Assembly (NCBI GenBank): GCA_951406725.2 | Contig: OX597831.1 | Coordinates: 43,028,001 to 43,092,000 of the forward strand | From: Octopus vulgaris | Lineage: Eukaryota | Direction: 5' to 3' | DNA length: 64,000 nt | Shown: piece by piece, positions 38,083 through 50,618 of the stretch | How the letters are laid out: each line of letters opens with the position of its first letter | Position numbering within the stretch: position 1 is the stretch's first letter | Notes under the pieces: generated by a model | Database searches by the model: none | The model's input: only the letters and a program-made list of their open reading frames with translations | What the model was told of the DNA's origin: nothing | Translations under genes and position numbers: made by a program

Positions 38083-39326
38083 GGTGTCCCAAAAAAAATG
38101 TATACACACTTTAGCAGCTGATAACTCAATTGATATTTTTTCTTTCCAGATGAAACCTATAGGATTTAATGATGGCAGTCAGATTAAGCTTTGAACAAAG
38201 AAAATTCATTCTAAAATGATACTGGAAGTGTGAAAATGCAGTTGAAGTGCAAAAACAGTTGGGGAGGGAGTTTCAAACAGATCCACCGATGCAACTCCCT
38301 ATCACTTGAATTAGAGATAAGTTTGAAGCTGATGGAACTGTTCAGAATGTCCACGATAAGCATTCCAGAAGACCCCGAACATCAACAACCCCAACAAAGC
38401 AAGGAGTACTGGAAATGAATCACCAAAGTTCAAGAAAATCTGTGCGGCAAAGCGAGTTATGAGGTAGATATTCCAAAATCATCTGTCCAATGTATTTTGA
38501 AGCATTGTCAATGGAAAAGTTACATTCCAAGATTAGTCCATGCTATTAATGATGATGATCCAGACGAAAGAGTGTAGCATTGCGAGTGGTACTTGGAACG
38601 ATGTGTAGAAACTGCACACTTTCCAACAAAGATTGTGTGGAGTGATGAAGCCACATTCAAATTAAATGGTTCAATTAACTGCTACAATTGCACCTACTGA
38701 GGTCCTGAGAATCTGCATGTTATGGTGAAACACCATGTTAATTTGATATTTGTGTGGTGTGGTTTATCATCAAGAGGATTAATTGGACCATTCTTTTGTT
38801 ATGCTACTGTGACTGGTCCCATTTACTTGAACTTGTTGCAACAGTCTGTTATGCCAAGCATTAGAGAAGACTTTGAAGATGAGGAGTTTTATTTTCAGCA
38901 AGATGGGGCACCCCTACACTACCATTGCTATGTTAGATCCTTTTTTGATGAGATCTTGCTAAACAGGTGGATTGGATGAAGAGGTATGGTTGAATTCACC
39001 AGACCTCACACCACTAAACTTTTTTATGGGGATACCTTAAAGACAAATTCTACGCTATGAAACCTACAAGTCGCTGATTTGAGAGCAGCCATTGGACGAG
39101 AGTGCACACAAATACCAAACAAATTCTTTTGTGATATTTGTGATTCCATTCCTTTGCGTTGTCAGCAGTGCCTGGACCAGACCGGACATCAGTTTGAAAA
39201 CAGGCATTGACAAAACAATAAAATAATGTCTGTAGATTCTATTTAATTTTGAAAATGAAGTGTCTTTTAATAAACAACTACTTTACAATTGTTTAAAGTG
39301 TGCATACATTTTTTTGGGACACCCTG
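38080..39326 (+). mobile_element. Full-span Tc1/mariner transposon (rosa/DD41D-like) with pseudogenised transposase
   Basis: TIRs CAGGGTGTCCCAAAAAAAATGTATACACACTTTA / TAAAGTGTGCATACATTTTTTTGGGACACCCTG, TA flanks. Motifs [38 protein letters not shown] and SPDLTPL, with several stops and frameshifts. Confidence 0.92.
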
Positions 39327-39679
39327 TATATATATATTTGAATTGAGCAAAGATTCAGATACAATGAAACTCAAAAAAGAGTCAGCAATTCATGTGAATA
39401 AGAAAACACAACCCTTTTATAAAAGTGGGAGCCAACTATGAATATTACACCTGCTAGAGGAAGACAAACACTTAACAAAAAAATTCTGAATGCAAAGAAT
39501 CTAATGTCTAAGAATGAAAAGATAACTCTAGGAGAAAGAAAGAAAGAGAGAAGAATGTAGAGAAACTAAAAGGCAGGAAAGCAAACAAGAAAAGAAAGAC
39601 AGACAGACAGATTGATAAGAAAAAAAATCATTTCCTAGCCAGATGGTAGAGGAAATCAAATTTTTATTTTAATATTTAA

Positions 39680-40030
39680 TCTTTTATTCGTTTCAGTCAT
39701 TAGACTGTGGCCATGCCAGAGCACAGTTCTGGAAATTTTTTAGTTAATTGAATCAACTCCAGTACTTTTGTTTTTAACCCTAGTCTTATTCTATTGGTCT
39801 CTTTTGCCAAACCACTAAGTTACAAGGACATAACCAAACCAATACCAGTGGTCAAGCAGTGGAGGGGGAGAACCAAAACACACACACAGGGCCTCTTTCA
39901 ATTTCCATCTACCAAATTCACTAACAAGCTTTGGTCAACCTGAGGCTATAGTAAAAGATACTTGCCCAAGATGCCACACAATGGGACTGAACCAGGAATT
40001 ATGTGGTTGGTAAGCAAACATCTTACCACA
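39680..40030 (-). mobile_element. SINE family A (diverged)
   Basis: Colinear with 6515-6939. Confidence 0.75.
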
Positions 40031-40334
40031 TGTACCTTGGGTATATGCTAAGGTTTGTTCTGATGCTCTTATTTTTACTGTATTGAAAGTGTACTACATA
40101 AGGTGAGTGCAATGCCTAACAGTACTATTTTCTGTATATTAATAAGTTCTGGGCTTTTGGTTATGACCTTCTCAACACATTTTTGATCATTCTAAGAGCA
40201 CTCATTATTTTCAGGATTCTTTGTTTTCAGATGCCACACTCAGTTTATTTATATTTTCAGATCTTTATATTTTGGCATTTTCTACATTTTTTTTAGAGGT
40301 ACATTGTTTTTATTATTACTATTATTATACTTAA

Positions 40335-40730
40335 CAAGGTGAGCTGGCAGAATTATTAGCATACTGGACAAAATGCTTAACAGCTTTTAGCTCACCTTTA
40401 CATTCTGAGTTCACATCCCAAAAAGATCGACTTTGCTTTTCATCTTTCAGGGCTGATAAAGTTGCATATTGGGCTTGATGTAATTGATTAGACTCCTCCC
40501 ACTAAAATTTCAGGCCTTGTGCCCCTATAGTTGAACTGGTAGAATCATTAGCATGCCAGTCAAAATGCTTAGCATTTCAGTCTTTATGTTCTGAGTTCAA
40601 ATTCTGCTGAGGTTGACTTTGCCTTTTATCCTTTTGGGGTCGATAAAATAAGTATCAGTTTAACACTGGGGTCAATGTAATCAATTTATCCCCTCCCCCA
40701 AATTACTGGCCTTGTGCAAAAGTTTAAAAT
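40335..40730 (+). mobile_element. Two tandem family B SINEs (diverged)
   Basis: GAGCTGGCAGAAT..TTCTGAGTTCA..GACTTTGC present twice; (TTA)n tail. Confidence 0.75.
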
Positions 40731-40731
40731 C

Positions 40732-40769
<38 letters not shown>

Positions 40770-41336
40770 CATCAAATGAAAAAAATATTTGAATTTCTAT
40801 GAAATGAAGTACAAGCATAGCTGTATGGTTAAAAAGCTTGTTTAACAACCATGAAGCTCTTGATTCAGTTCTACAGCAAAGCACTTGCAGCAGGAATCTT
40901 ATACTTAGGGCTTAGTTGACAAATATCTTTAGTATGAAATCTGGTATATCGAAACTAATTGACCACATAAAATGCAAAACAATCTTATTCATTCAACCTC
41001 TTTTGCAAAAGCTGCTGAACATGAAATAAGAATGGTATATGAAATGCATGCTTTTCTGATTTTATTCTACCCTTAAAGATCATTTTAACTGATTATGTCC
41101 CTCTTAGATTTATTGCAATGTATCATATTTGATGGCATATACGATGCCCTTTTTCTCCCAAAACAATGTCTCAAAAAAAAAAAATTACCCTAGGTTCTCC
41201 TATGTGTGAAGTTGTGCCTCCATAAGCTTTAGTGCATCAAAAGCATTTTTTCTTGAATATGTACAGCTAAAATTGGGTTGTGTTTAACCCTTTAGCATTC
41301 AGTTGATTGTTTACTCTGTCAAATGTAATACCTTTA

Positions 41337-41957
41337 AAGTTTTTAACAATGAAGCTTATGAATTATTTTAATAATTATTTAATGAAATAATTTAAGCTAT
41401 TATTTTACTACTTTAAAAATTTTAATAATGATGACGATCTCTTTTATGGGCTAGAGAGTCGCAACAAGCTGGAGACAGTATCAAAAGCGAAATACAAAAG
41501 AAAGCAAGACACATTTTCTTTAGTTATGCATTATCTCATAGCTTTGAGATTTTGAGGAGAGGATTGTCTGTTTTTAAACTAACATTGTATAGTTGGTGTG
41601 AGAAGTTGGATCTGGCTAGTTTTAACTAGCCAGATGTAAGAGGTGACTGCCTCTAATTCAAAGGCCCTTTCTTTGTTTTATTTCATTCCTATATGTTGTT
41701 ATTGCTCTTTATTATCTATTCATTGAAGTGTCTTTACTGTTGTATTCAGCGCATCCTTCTACTCAATGTAAATCAACCACTGTTTCTTGCTTTATTTTGT
41801 ATTTCACTTTTGATACTGTCCTCAGCTTGTCGCAACCCTCTGGCCCATAAAACAAATCACCACCATTATTAAAATTTTTAAAGTAGCAAAATAATAACTT
41901 GAATTATTTCATTAAATAATTATTAAAATAATTCATAAACTTCATTGTTAAAAACTT
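41337..41957. repeat. ~175-bp inverted repeat with ~270-bp spacer; the left arm interrupts a piggyBac-like MITE
   Basis: Arms at 41337-41513 and 41781-41957. The MITE starting TTAACCCTTTAGCATT at 41284 resumes after 41513. Confidence 0.75.
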
Positions 41958-42756
41958 CCTCCTCATTATCATTATTGCAGTAGGTATTATTATCATTAAT
42001 TATATAGCCAATGATTTCTAAAAGTTGGCATGGATGGCTGAGAACTTCCTCTATCAGAATAGTCTGTTATTCTTTTGATTGTTGTTACAGTTACATCATA
42101 ATTCTTCTTCTTCTTCTTATTATTATTACTATTATCATCGATATTTTCATTACCATCAGCATCATCGCAATTATATACTGAAAGCTAGTGACTTCAGCCA
42201 TCAACATGAAGACACTAAAAATATTTCTTTTGATTTTTCATATTGATTAATTCTTAAGATTATTGTTACAAACATCATGATAATCATCATCATCATTGTT
42301 ATAATCATTACCAATATCTATTGATTTAAGAAAGTTGGCATGAATGGTAGAGAACTTATTTCTTCTGATTATTCCATTGTTATTCTAATTAATATTACAA
42401 TTCATTGTTATCATTCAACTGCACCAACAGATGGCCACAATGTTTCTCAACCCATAACAGCTTTCATAATCAATTTGTCACTCCATGGTCGAGTGAGTAG
42501 ACCATGGTCATCAATCAGATTTGCATAGCTGGGTAGAATCTGAAATTGTAAAGAACCAGAAAAAATACCACCAGGTACTTTGTGTGATGTTCCAACAATT
42601 CTGCTAATTCACTGTCGAGAATTGGTGGCTTATTTATCAACCCCCAAAAAGATAAAATACAAAGTTGACCTTGGCAGGATTTGAACTCAGAGCACATTAA
42701 GTCAGAAAAAACATTCTCCTTGGTGTTCTAACAACTCAGCCAATTCATGATAAATA

Positions 42757-43321
42757 TTGGTTTGTCTGGAAAGTTTGTGACGATTTTTAAAGGAAAAAAA
42801 TGGTCAATGAATACTTGCCATTAAATTTTTAATCAACCAAATATGAACCAATTTGTTGCACAATGCGTTTCCATCTTTCCTTTAACTTGAAAATACCCTC
42901 TTCCCAGAATTGAGGTGGTTTCATGGCAAAGAATTCATCAAGGTATCTTTTTACGTCATCCAAGGAATTGAGATTTTTACCATTAAGACTATTCTGCAGA
43001 GACCTGAATAAATGGATATTTGAAGGAGCAATATCTGGTGAATATGGAGGGTGGGGTAACACATCCCAGCCGAGCTGCAGCAATTTTTGTCTGGTTCCCA
43101 AAATATCAAGTGCCGAAAATGAACCTTCTTAACTCCCATTTAAAAGGGTTACAGAATTAACACAAGTTATAGGAACATAAACTTTCTTCCATGAAAAGAT
43201 AGCTTAAACTATGCTCTAAATGGAGGTGTAGTCAAATCCTATTTTATGGACTCAACTATGTTCTAAAATAAGTTGAAAGGTAAGCTACTATAAATCGGCA
43301 CAAACTTTCCGGACAACCCAA
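42757..43321 (-). mobile_element. Internally deleted mariner element
   Basis: TIRs TTGGTTTGTCTGGAAAGTTTGTGACGATTT / AAATCGGCACAAACTTTCCGGACAACCCAA with TA flanks. The C-terminal transposase piece LGWDVLPHPPYSPDIAPS..HLFRSLQN..ERW is at 42829-43101. Confidence 0.92.
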
Positions 43322-43617
43322 TACTTATATTAGCATCATCATCATCATTATCATTTTGGCCACCATTATTACCATCATCATCATCATCGTCATCACTGCT
43401 GTTCTTGTCATCATTGTCATAAGTGTTGTCATCATTACCAGTCTTTGTCAGCATTGTTGCCATAATTCATTATCATTATTGTCACTATTGCCATCATCAT
43501 CAAAATTACTATTCGGCAAAGATTTAGGAAAGGTGGCAGGGACGCCAGAGACATTCATCTGATTATTGTTACAATTATAACCATGGTAAAAAGAATCATA
43601 ATCACCATTACACACTC

Positions 43618-44004
43618 TCTCTTTTACTCTATTACTTGTTTCAGTCATTTGACTGTGGCCATGTTGGAGCACTGCCTTTAGTCGAGCAAATCGACCCCAG
43701 GACTTATTCTTTGTAAGCCTAGTACTTATTCTATTGGTCTCTTTTGCCGAACCGCTAAGTTATGGAGACGTAAACACACCAGCATCGGTTGTCAAGCGAT
43801 GCTGGGGGGACAAACATAGACACACAAGCATACACACACACACACACATATATATGACGGGCTTCTTTCAGTTTCCGTCTACCAAATCCACTCACAAGGC
43901 TTTGGTTGGCCCGAGGCTATAGTAGAAGACACTTGCACAAGGTGCCATGCAGTAGGACTGAACTTGGAACCATGTAGTTGGTAAGTAAGCTACTTACCAC
44001 ACAG
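43618..44004 (-). mobile_element. SINE family A lacking its first ~14 nt
   Basis: Near-consensus copy; the head stops at CTGTGTGGTAAG where the U2-associated tail abuts. Confidence 0.9.
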
Positions 44005-44081
44005 GACCTTTTTTTCTGTAGTTTTAGTTCAGAGCTGCAGCTATGCTGATGCACCGCCATTTGATATCTCCCAGGTGTGAA

Positions 44082-44265
44082 ATGGGCTGAATCCTGAAAG
44101 AACTGCAATACCAGGCCAACCCATGGCAAAGTCAGAGCAAGCCCCTAACACTTCACCTCGTTCTAAAAATCAAGTTAATATCGATGGCCCTAAATAGGGA
44201 CCGTATCAGATATTAAGCTGATAAGAACAGATACTACACATTGATCTTAGCCAAAAGGCCGAGAA
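44082..44265 (-). pseudogene. U2: U2 snRNA copy, near full length (probable pseudogene)
   Basis: Minus strand: TTCTCGGCCTTTTGGCTAAGATCAATGTGTAGTATCTGTTCTTATCAGCTTAATATCTGATACG..., Sm-like GATTTTTAG, and stem-loop IV loop TATTGCAGT. The canonical first 5 nt ATCGC are replaced by TTATA, and CpG-decay-type changes occur in the 3' stems. Confidence 0.93.
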
Positions 44266-44391
44266 TATAATATATCTATTAGTTAAGGTCATTGGCATAA
44301 ATGGTAAGAGCTTTAGGGAATGTTTGAACAATGGGTTAAAAAAATGGTAAAATGTGATCTAAGAGGCATCTTATGTAATCTAGAATTTTAA

Positions 44392-44920
44392 CCCTTTAGC
44401 ATTCAGATTACTCTGTCATATAAAATGCTTTTTATCAATATAATGTTGAATTAATTATGCATTAATTATCTCATAGCTTCAACATTTTGATGAAGTGGCT
44501 TTTTATAATATTTAGAATTACATTGTAGGGTATGTGTGAGAGGCCAGATCTGGCTGGTTTGAACATAACTGAGACCCCCTTTGGTCACGACACTGACCTA
44601 GAGATTGGACCAAGAAAGTTACCCTCCCAGGCACAAGTCCTCCCCTCTCCACACCATCAGTGTTATCCAAGGGAAAGGTAAGGGCCAATACAGCTTCGCA
44701 TCTGTGACATCACAACTCATTTCTACAGCTGAGTGAACTGGAGCAACGTAAAATAAAGTGTCTTGCTCAAGAACACAACATGCAGCCTGGTCCGGGATTC
44801 GAGCTCACAACCTCATGATCGTAAGCTCAACGCTCTAACCACTGAGCCATGCGCTTTCACTTTGAACATAAAACAGGTAGAATATTTGGGCGTGATATAG
44901 CAGGTTAAAATGCTAACAGG
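44392..44920. mobile_element. piggyBac-like MITE with TTAA TSD, interrupted by a family C SINE
   Basis: TTAA|CCCTTTAGCATT ... AATGCTAACAGG|TTAA. Confidence 0.8.
44569..44860 (-). mobile_element. SINE family C with 11-bp TSD
   Basis: TTTGAACATAA at 44558-44568 and 44861-44871. Confidence 0.88.
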
Positions 44921-45040
44921 TTAACGTACACCAGATGGGATTAGTATAGATTGGTAGAAAAGCAACCACCTCTCTCTCAAATCACATCCTATCATCTTAA
45001 CAAAAGAAAGGAGACATTGGAAACGGCAAAATTAAATATA

Positions 45041-45337
45041 TCTTTATATATAAAAGTCAAGTTGTGTGTCTGTCTCCTACGATTTAGATTCCTAACTACT
45101 CCCACATTTTGCGGTGCAGTTTAACCAAAACCGGGTATCTTATAGTCGTGATTCATATCAATCTCTTCTGGGTATTAGCGCGCGTCTACGATGAGTCTAC
45201 GATTTAAAAAAAAATTTACCATAATTTTTTTCCCATTTTTAATGCATTTTTTTGCTATTTTTTGGCTATAACTCTCTAAAAATACTTATATAGTTATTTC
45301 CCTTACAAACCCGAGCAACGCCGGGCGATACTGCTAG
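45041..45337 (+). mobile_element. Non-autonomous Helitron (297 bp)
   Basis: A|TCTTTATATATAAAAG 5' end, subterminal GC hairpin CCCGAGC AAC GCCGGG (45310-45325), CTAG|T 3' end, and no TSD. Confidence 0.85.
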
Positions 45338-45611
45338 TTTTAAAATAAAAATGTCTTTGTGCAGATAAGAAATTAAGGGTGCAAAGGATAGCAGCAAATA
45401 TAGGCTTAACAGGATACATCCATACATACATGTACAAATACACACACACACATTATATATATATATATTAGTTGGTGTTAGGAAGGGTATCTAATCATAG
45501 AAACTATAACAAAAATATTGGAGCTTGGTTACCAGTTGGATCCTGCCAAACCATCCAACACATTTCAGCATAAAATACCAACACTAAATGATGATCACAC
45601 ACACACATAGA

Positions 45612-46436
45612 AAGGTGGTGAGCTAGCAGAATCATTAGCATACTGGGCAAAATGCTTAGCGGCATTTCATCCAGCTTTACATTCTGAGTTCAAATACCAC
45701 CAAGCTTGACTTTACCTTTTACCATTCAGAGTCAATAAAATAAGTACCAGTTGAACACTGGGGTTGATGTAACCAACTTACTCCTCCCCTGAAATTGCTG
45801 GCCTTGTGCCAAATCTTGAAAGCAATATATAAACACACAGATCCCATTTTTTAAAACACATTTCAATTGAGAGGCTGGGGTTTTCTGCAATACCCTACAT
45901 CAATCAGCACAGTCCTTTGTCATCTCTTCCACAAGATGCAGCATCTTCAGGTCAACCTTTGTACCTTCATCCAAAGTTTTCTTCCATATCCCTTTTCCAT
46001 AGGTTCCATTAACTTGCTAATCGTTAGCAAGCTAGACAAAATGCTTTGCAGTATTCCACCTGTTGCTATGTTCTGAGTTCAAATTCCACCGAGGTAGATT
46101 TTGCCTTTCATCCTTTCGGGGTCGATAAGTACCAGTCAAGTACTGGGTCGATATGATCGACTATACCCCTTCCCATTGTAGAAGAAAGGATGATGATGAT
46201 GATTATTATTATTATTATAATAAGGCGGCAAGCTGGCAGAATCGCTAGCACACCGGGCCGAATGCTTAGCGATATTTCGTTCGTGTTTACGTTTTGAGTT
46301 CAAATTCTGCCGACGTCGACTTTTCCTTTCATTCTTCCGGAGTCGATAAAATAAGGGATCTAGTGGAGTACTGAAAGCGATGTAATCGACTCGTCCCCCT
46401 CCCCCGAAATTGCTAGCCTTGTGCCAACATTTGAAA
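45612..46436 (+). mobile_element. Cluster of three family B SINEs (~45612-45822, ~46015-46190, ~46222-46436)
   Basis: Repeated Meta-like domain and TTCTGAGTTCAAAT B-box. Confidence 0.8.
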
Positions 46437-49125
46437 TATTTATTACTATCACTTATTGTTGAAGGCGACCACTATTATCATTAAGCCAGATTATGAATAG
46501 ATTGCAAATGAGAGGTGCACACAATTTCAAGCTTTAGTCTTCTATTGTGTTCAACCACGTGTTTTTTAAAAAGGGACTGACGAAGACTTGTACAGAAATG
46601 ATTCATAAGGTCTTTTGACTACTGTAGCAGAGACGGAGAAAGGAAGAAACAAAATTAAAAATAAATACGAGAGAGACAGAAAGAAGAAACAATAAACCAT
46701 GGATACAGAGAGGAGGAGAGTTTTAAAGGGGGGGAAATATATATAAAGAGGGGAAACGGAAAAGAAAGCCGTTTAATCGACACGTGTCTGAATGTGTTTA
46801 CTGAAAGACTAAGCAATAAATACTAACAATAACATCACCAACAGCAAGTGACAGCAAGCGAAGTTCACAGGCATTTAAATAAACAACTTTCGTAAAGTCG
46901 TCACCTGCTATTATATGTCGTATTTATGTTGCGAATAATGTATGTCTAAGATTGTAATTCCATTCACATCTCACATATTATACAGGGATATTAAATCGAC
47001 CCGATACTTGACTGGTAAGTTTATTCTCTCCAAATTGATAAAAGATCCAAGTTATTTTTTTTTCTCTAGGAAGATAATCAACTGTGTTGAGCTGAATATT
47101 ATACAATTTTCAAAATCAAAAAACCATAATGTGTGCGCGCATATATGTGTGTATGTACACACACACAGAGCTGCTCTAAGTCTTAGGGATAATATACCCC
47201 ACCACAAGAAAATACAAACTTCGTTCGCTCTCTTTGTTTCTTTTCGCTTTCATACCAGCCAGCCAGCCATTCATTGTGTGTTTCCGCTTGACTACATACG
47301 AGCACACCTCATCTTCATTATATACGACGAGCCAATAAGGGAATCTCTAAGTGGACACCCGATATGCTTGATACACATGTAGTAGCTAAATCTCCAAATT
47401 AAATTCACAGATTAAAAACGAGGTAGCCATCACCTGAACGATTAAAATTATAGGTCTGCATTGTCAGCAAGTCTATGATTTTAGGGTCTAAATAATAACA
47501 CGAGGGTGGAGTACTTTTACGAGTCGTTCGCTCGCTCCGCTAGAAATAATAAGCAATTCGCTTTTAGATAACACCCTATCTTTAAATAAATTTGAGTGAT
47601 GTTTCTCTGTCCGTTACGTTTTTATGTTCGTTAATTCTTCCCAAACCGATGGTGCAAGAACAACGAAACTCAAACCAGCAACTCCCCTAATCCCAGGCAA
47701 TGTCTATTTTTTTTTAAGGGGCGCCTAATTGGGGCCCCCACTGACCGCACTATTTTTACTGCACTTTAAACTAAATACACGGCATTGGCGACCAAATCGA
47801 GCAATGGCAATGTATTTCATACCATGAACAACCAGGGAATATCGTAAGGAGGTCCAATTTCTGAAGGGCCACTTAAATGGGACCCCACTGACCCCCACCC
47901 TATTTTTACTGTATTTACCTCGCTCTTATCCTTATTGGTTAAACTATGATCAGCATCAGTGCTTAGCACATTTGCAGAAATAAGTTTGGGCATTCTAAAT
48001 ACCTTCACGTACATTCAAATCGAGATAAAGATTTATAACAGGTACGTTTCAAGTGTGGTAGTGTGGATATTTATATTTCGTTGCTTATATCATATCTAAG
48101 TGGAAAACTAATCTTGTTTCGGTTACAGTATCCCTCTAAAGATTTGTAACAAAAGATAGAATGAGACTGAGATGAAATGGACCCTATTCATTTTATCTCA
48201 ATTTCATTTTGATATAGTTTCGGAAATGGTAAAGTGATAGAAAAATTATGATAGCTATGATTGTCATACACTTCACTTGCTTAGTACGAACGGAGGTTCA
48301 AGTCTAAAAATATGAAGTGAATTAATTACTACAGTGAGTTTGGAGGCACATATAACTCCGTGAAAGTGTCGCAAATTTTCATCATCAGAATAAAACGGAA
48401 AAGAAAAGAAAAGAAACATGGAAAATGGATCCTGAAGGCCTCAAAGATGCCCTCCGCGGGAGCTAGCCTGAATGCCGTCCGAAGAGCGGCTTCAAGGCTA
48501 GTAGTCATAAAAAAGCATAGTTTGGATAGTTTAATCCCGGACAAACTATTGCTGAAATAAACAAAAGATGTAGTATGCAGACTATAACAGGGTTCGTTCA
48601 ATCAAGGCAAACTTTCTACTAAACATTGTGGGTGTGTACACACGATTAATATTGATCTGGGGCTTTAAACAACAACATATATGTAAATAGAAACTAAAAA
48701 ATCTTTAAAATCGTTTCACGCTCTGATTGTTCATACGATTCGTTAGAACAATCGGAACCGTGAAACTCAGTTACGGTTCTAGAAACTTTAACTTCAAGTA
48801 AGATATACACTCTACGCATTGAATACTTTTTCTTCCTTTGTGGACACAATCCATTCCTTGTATGCATATATAGCCTTGCGTAAATTATTGCGGGTTTTGT
48901 AAGGATGAGAAGTATTTCATCCTCGTCCAAACAATATACACCTTAAATAGAAAGAGTTAATTTCTAAACGTCACCATGAGAACAAGTATTACGGTAATAT
49001 CTGCAACGGAACTATTGAGCCAGATCAAACGTAAATAATTACATAGTTGGAGGTCTGTCGACCACTATCCCGTACGCGAAATTTTTTCCACGCGAGAGTT
49101 CCGGACCCCAGTTATGTACTCATGC

Positions 49126-49495
49126 ACTCTCTTTTACTTGTTTCAGTCATTTGACTGTGGCCATGTAGGAGCACCGCCTTTAGTCGAGTAAATCGACCCC
49201 AGGACTTATTCTTCGTAAGCCTAGTACTTATTCTATCGGTCTCTTTTGCCAAACCGCTAAGTTACTGGGACGTAAACACCATCATCGGTTGTCAAGTGAT
49301 GTTAGGGAGGACAAACATATACACACACATACATATATACGACAAGCTTCTTTCAGTTTCTGTGTACCAAATCCACTCACAAGGCTTTGGTCGGCCCGAG
49401 GCTATAGTAGAAGACACTTGCCGAGGGTGCCAAGCAGTGGGAATGAACCCAGAACCATGTGGTTGGCAAGCAAGCTACTTACCACACAGCCACTC
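49126..49495 (-). mobile_element. SINE family A
   Basis: Near-consensus copy with CpGs retained. Confidence 0.9.
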
Positions 49496-50184
49496 ATAAT
49501 AAATTAGTTTAATAGTTGAGCTTTGATTGGCTGTATACAAATAAGTGATGTGCGATAAGATAAGGTCACTTGGGTAAGGAATGACCATGCTTATTTTTAC
49601 TTTTAATAATGCTTCTTGTTCTTGATCTTGTTTCAACCATGGCTGCCTCTGCGTAGTTACTTATGTTGTTGTTTACTTTGTGAAACAGTAAGGGGAGAGG
49701 GGTGCCAGCACATCACCCTCAACCCACATTTTTACCATATGAGGCCCTAACAAAATCATATAATAGGTATCGATGCAAATCTATCTAAGTGCTTATCTCC
49801 TAAAATCAGGCACAACTTGGCGATCGGTCGATTTACAACACCGTTCTTCTTCTTGAGTTTACTTGGTAGAGTGTGTTTGCTAACTTGACAACAAAATCTA
49901 AGTGCGCTTTGATTGGCTGTATGCAAATGAGTTCATTACTGGGGTCTGGAACCCTTGTGGGGAAAAGAAAATTTCGCATCCCGTACGCCAAAACAACAAA
50001 GGCTAATAAAACTGAGAAAGCGCTCGTAAAAAAAGCCAGCTTGTCGGTGGACTGTCTATGGACAGAGACACGAAGCTCTAAATAATGAAATGATGTAAGC
50101 TGAACTTTTAACTCATAATAAATATTTATTTTAAGGTATCAGGTTTTTTTCCTATTTTGTTCGGAGAAATACTTGCAAAGAAAC

Positions 50185-50269
<85 letters not shown>

Positions 50270-50618
50270 CCGAAATGAGGTTTAGGGAAAAGTACATCAA
50301 CAACAAGATCAACTTTACTGATGAGTACTTGTCAGATAAAAATGTGACATAAGAAAAAGGAATTTTACGAATGACGATTAGCTTAAGGTCACAAGTTTCA
50401 TTTTCGTAAGAGCTTGCAGCTGATTTGTAAGGAAACTACGATAATGAGCCCTGCATGTTTTCATTCTAAAGGTGTGATTTGAAGAAGATTTGATTATCAT
50501 TTCTCGTAGAAAATATTATTTTTTTAGCAGGTCAAGCGTTCACAGACTTCTTCGTTGGTTTGAAAATTCGGTGCCTATTTTCGGTGAAGAGAATAAAGGT
50601 TAGTAAAATGCCAAATAT

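Noticed and set aside
44082-44270. Functional U2 gene, or the target site of a U2-specific retrotransposon (Utopia/Keno)
   Set aside because: The first 5 nt are non-canonical, the 3' stems show CpG decay, and the 3' flank is retroposon-like. U2 is not interrupted internally, as those elements would require.
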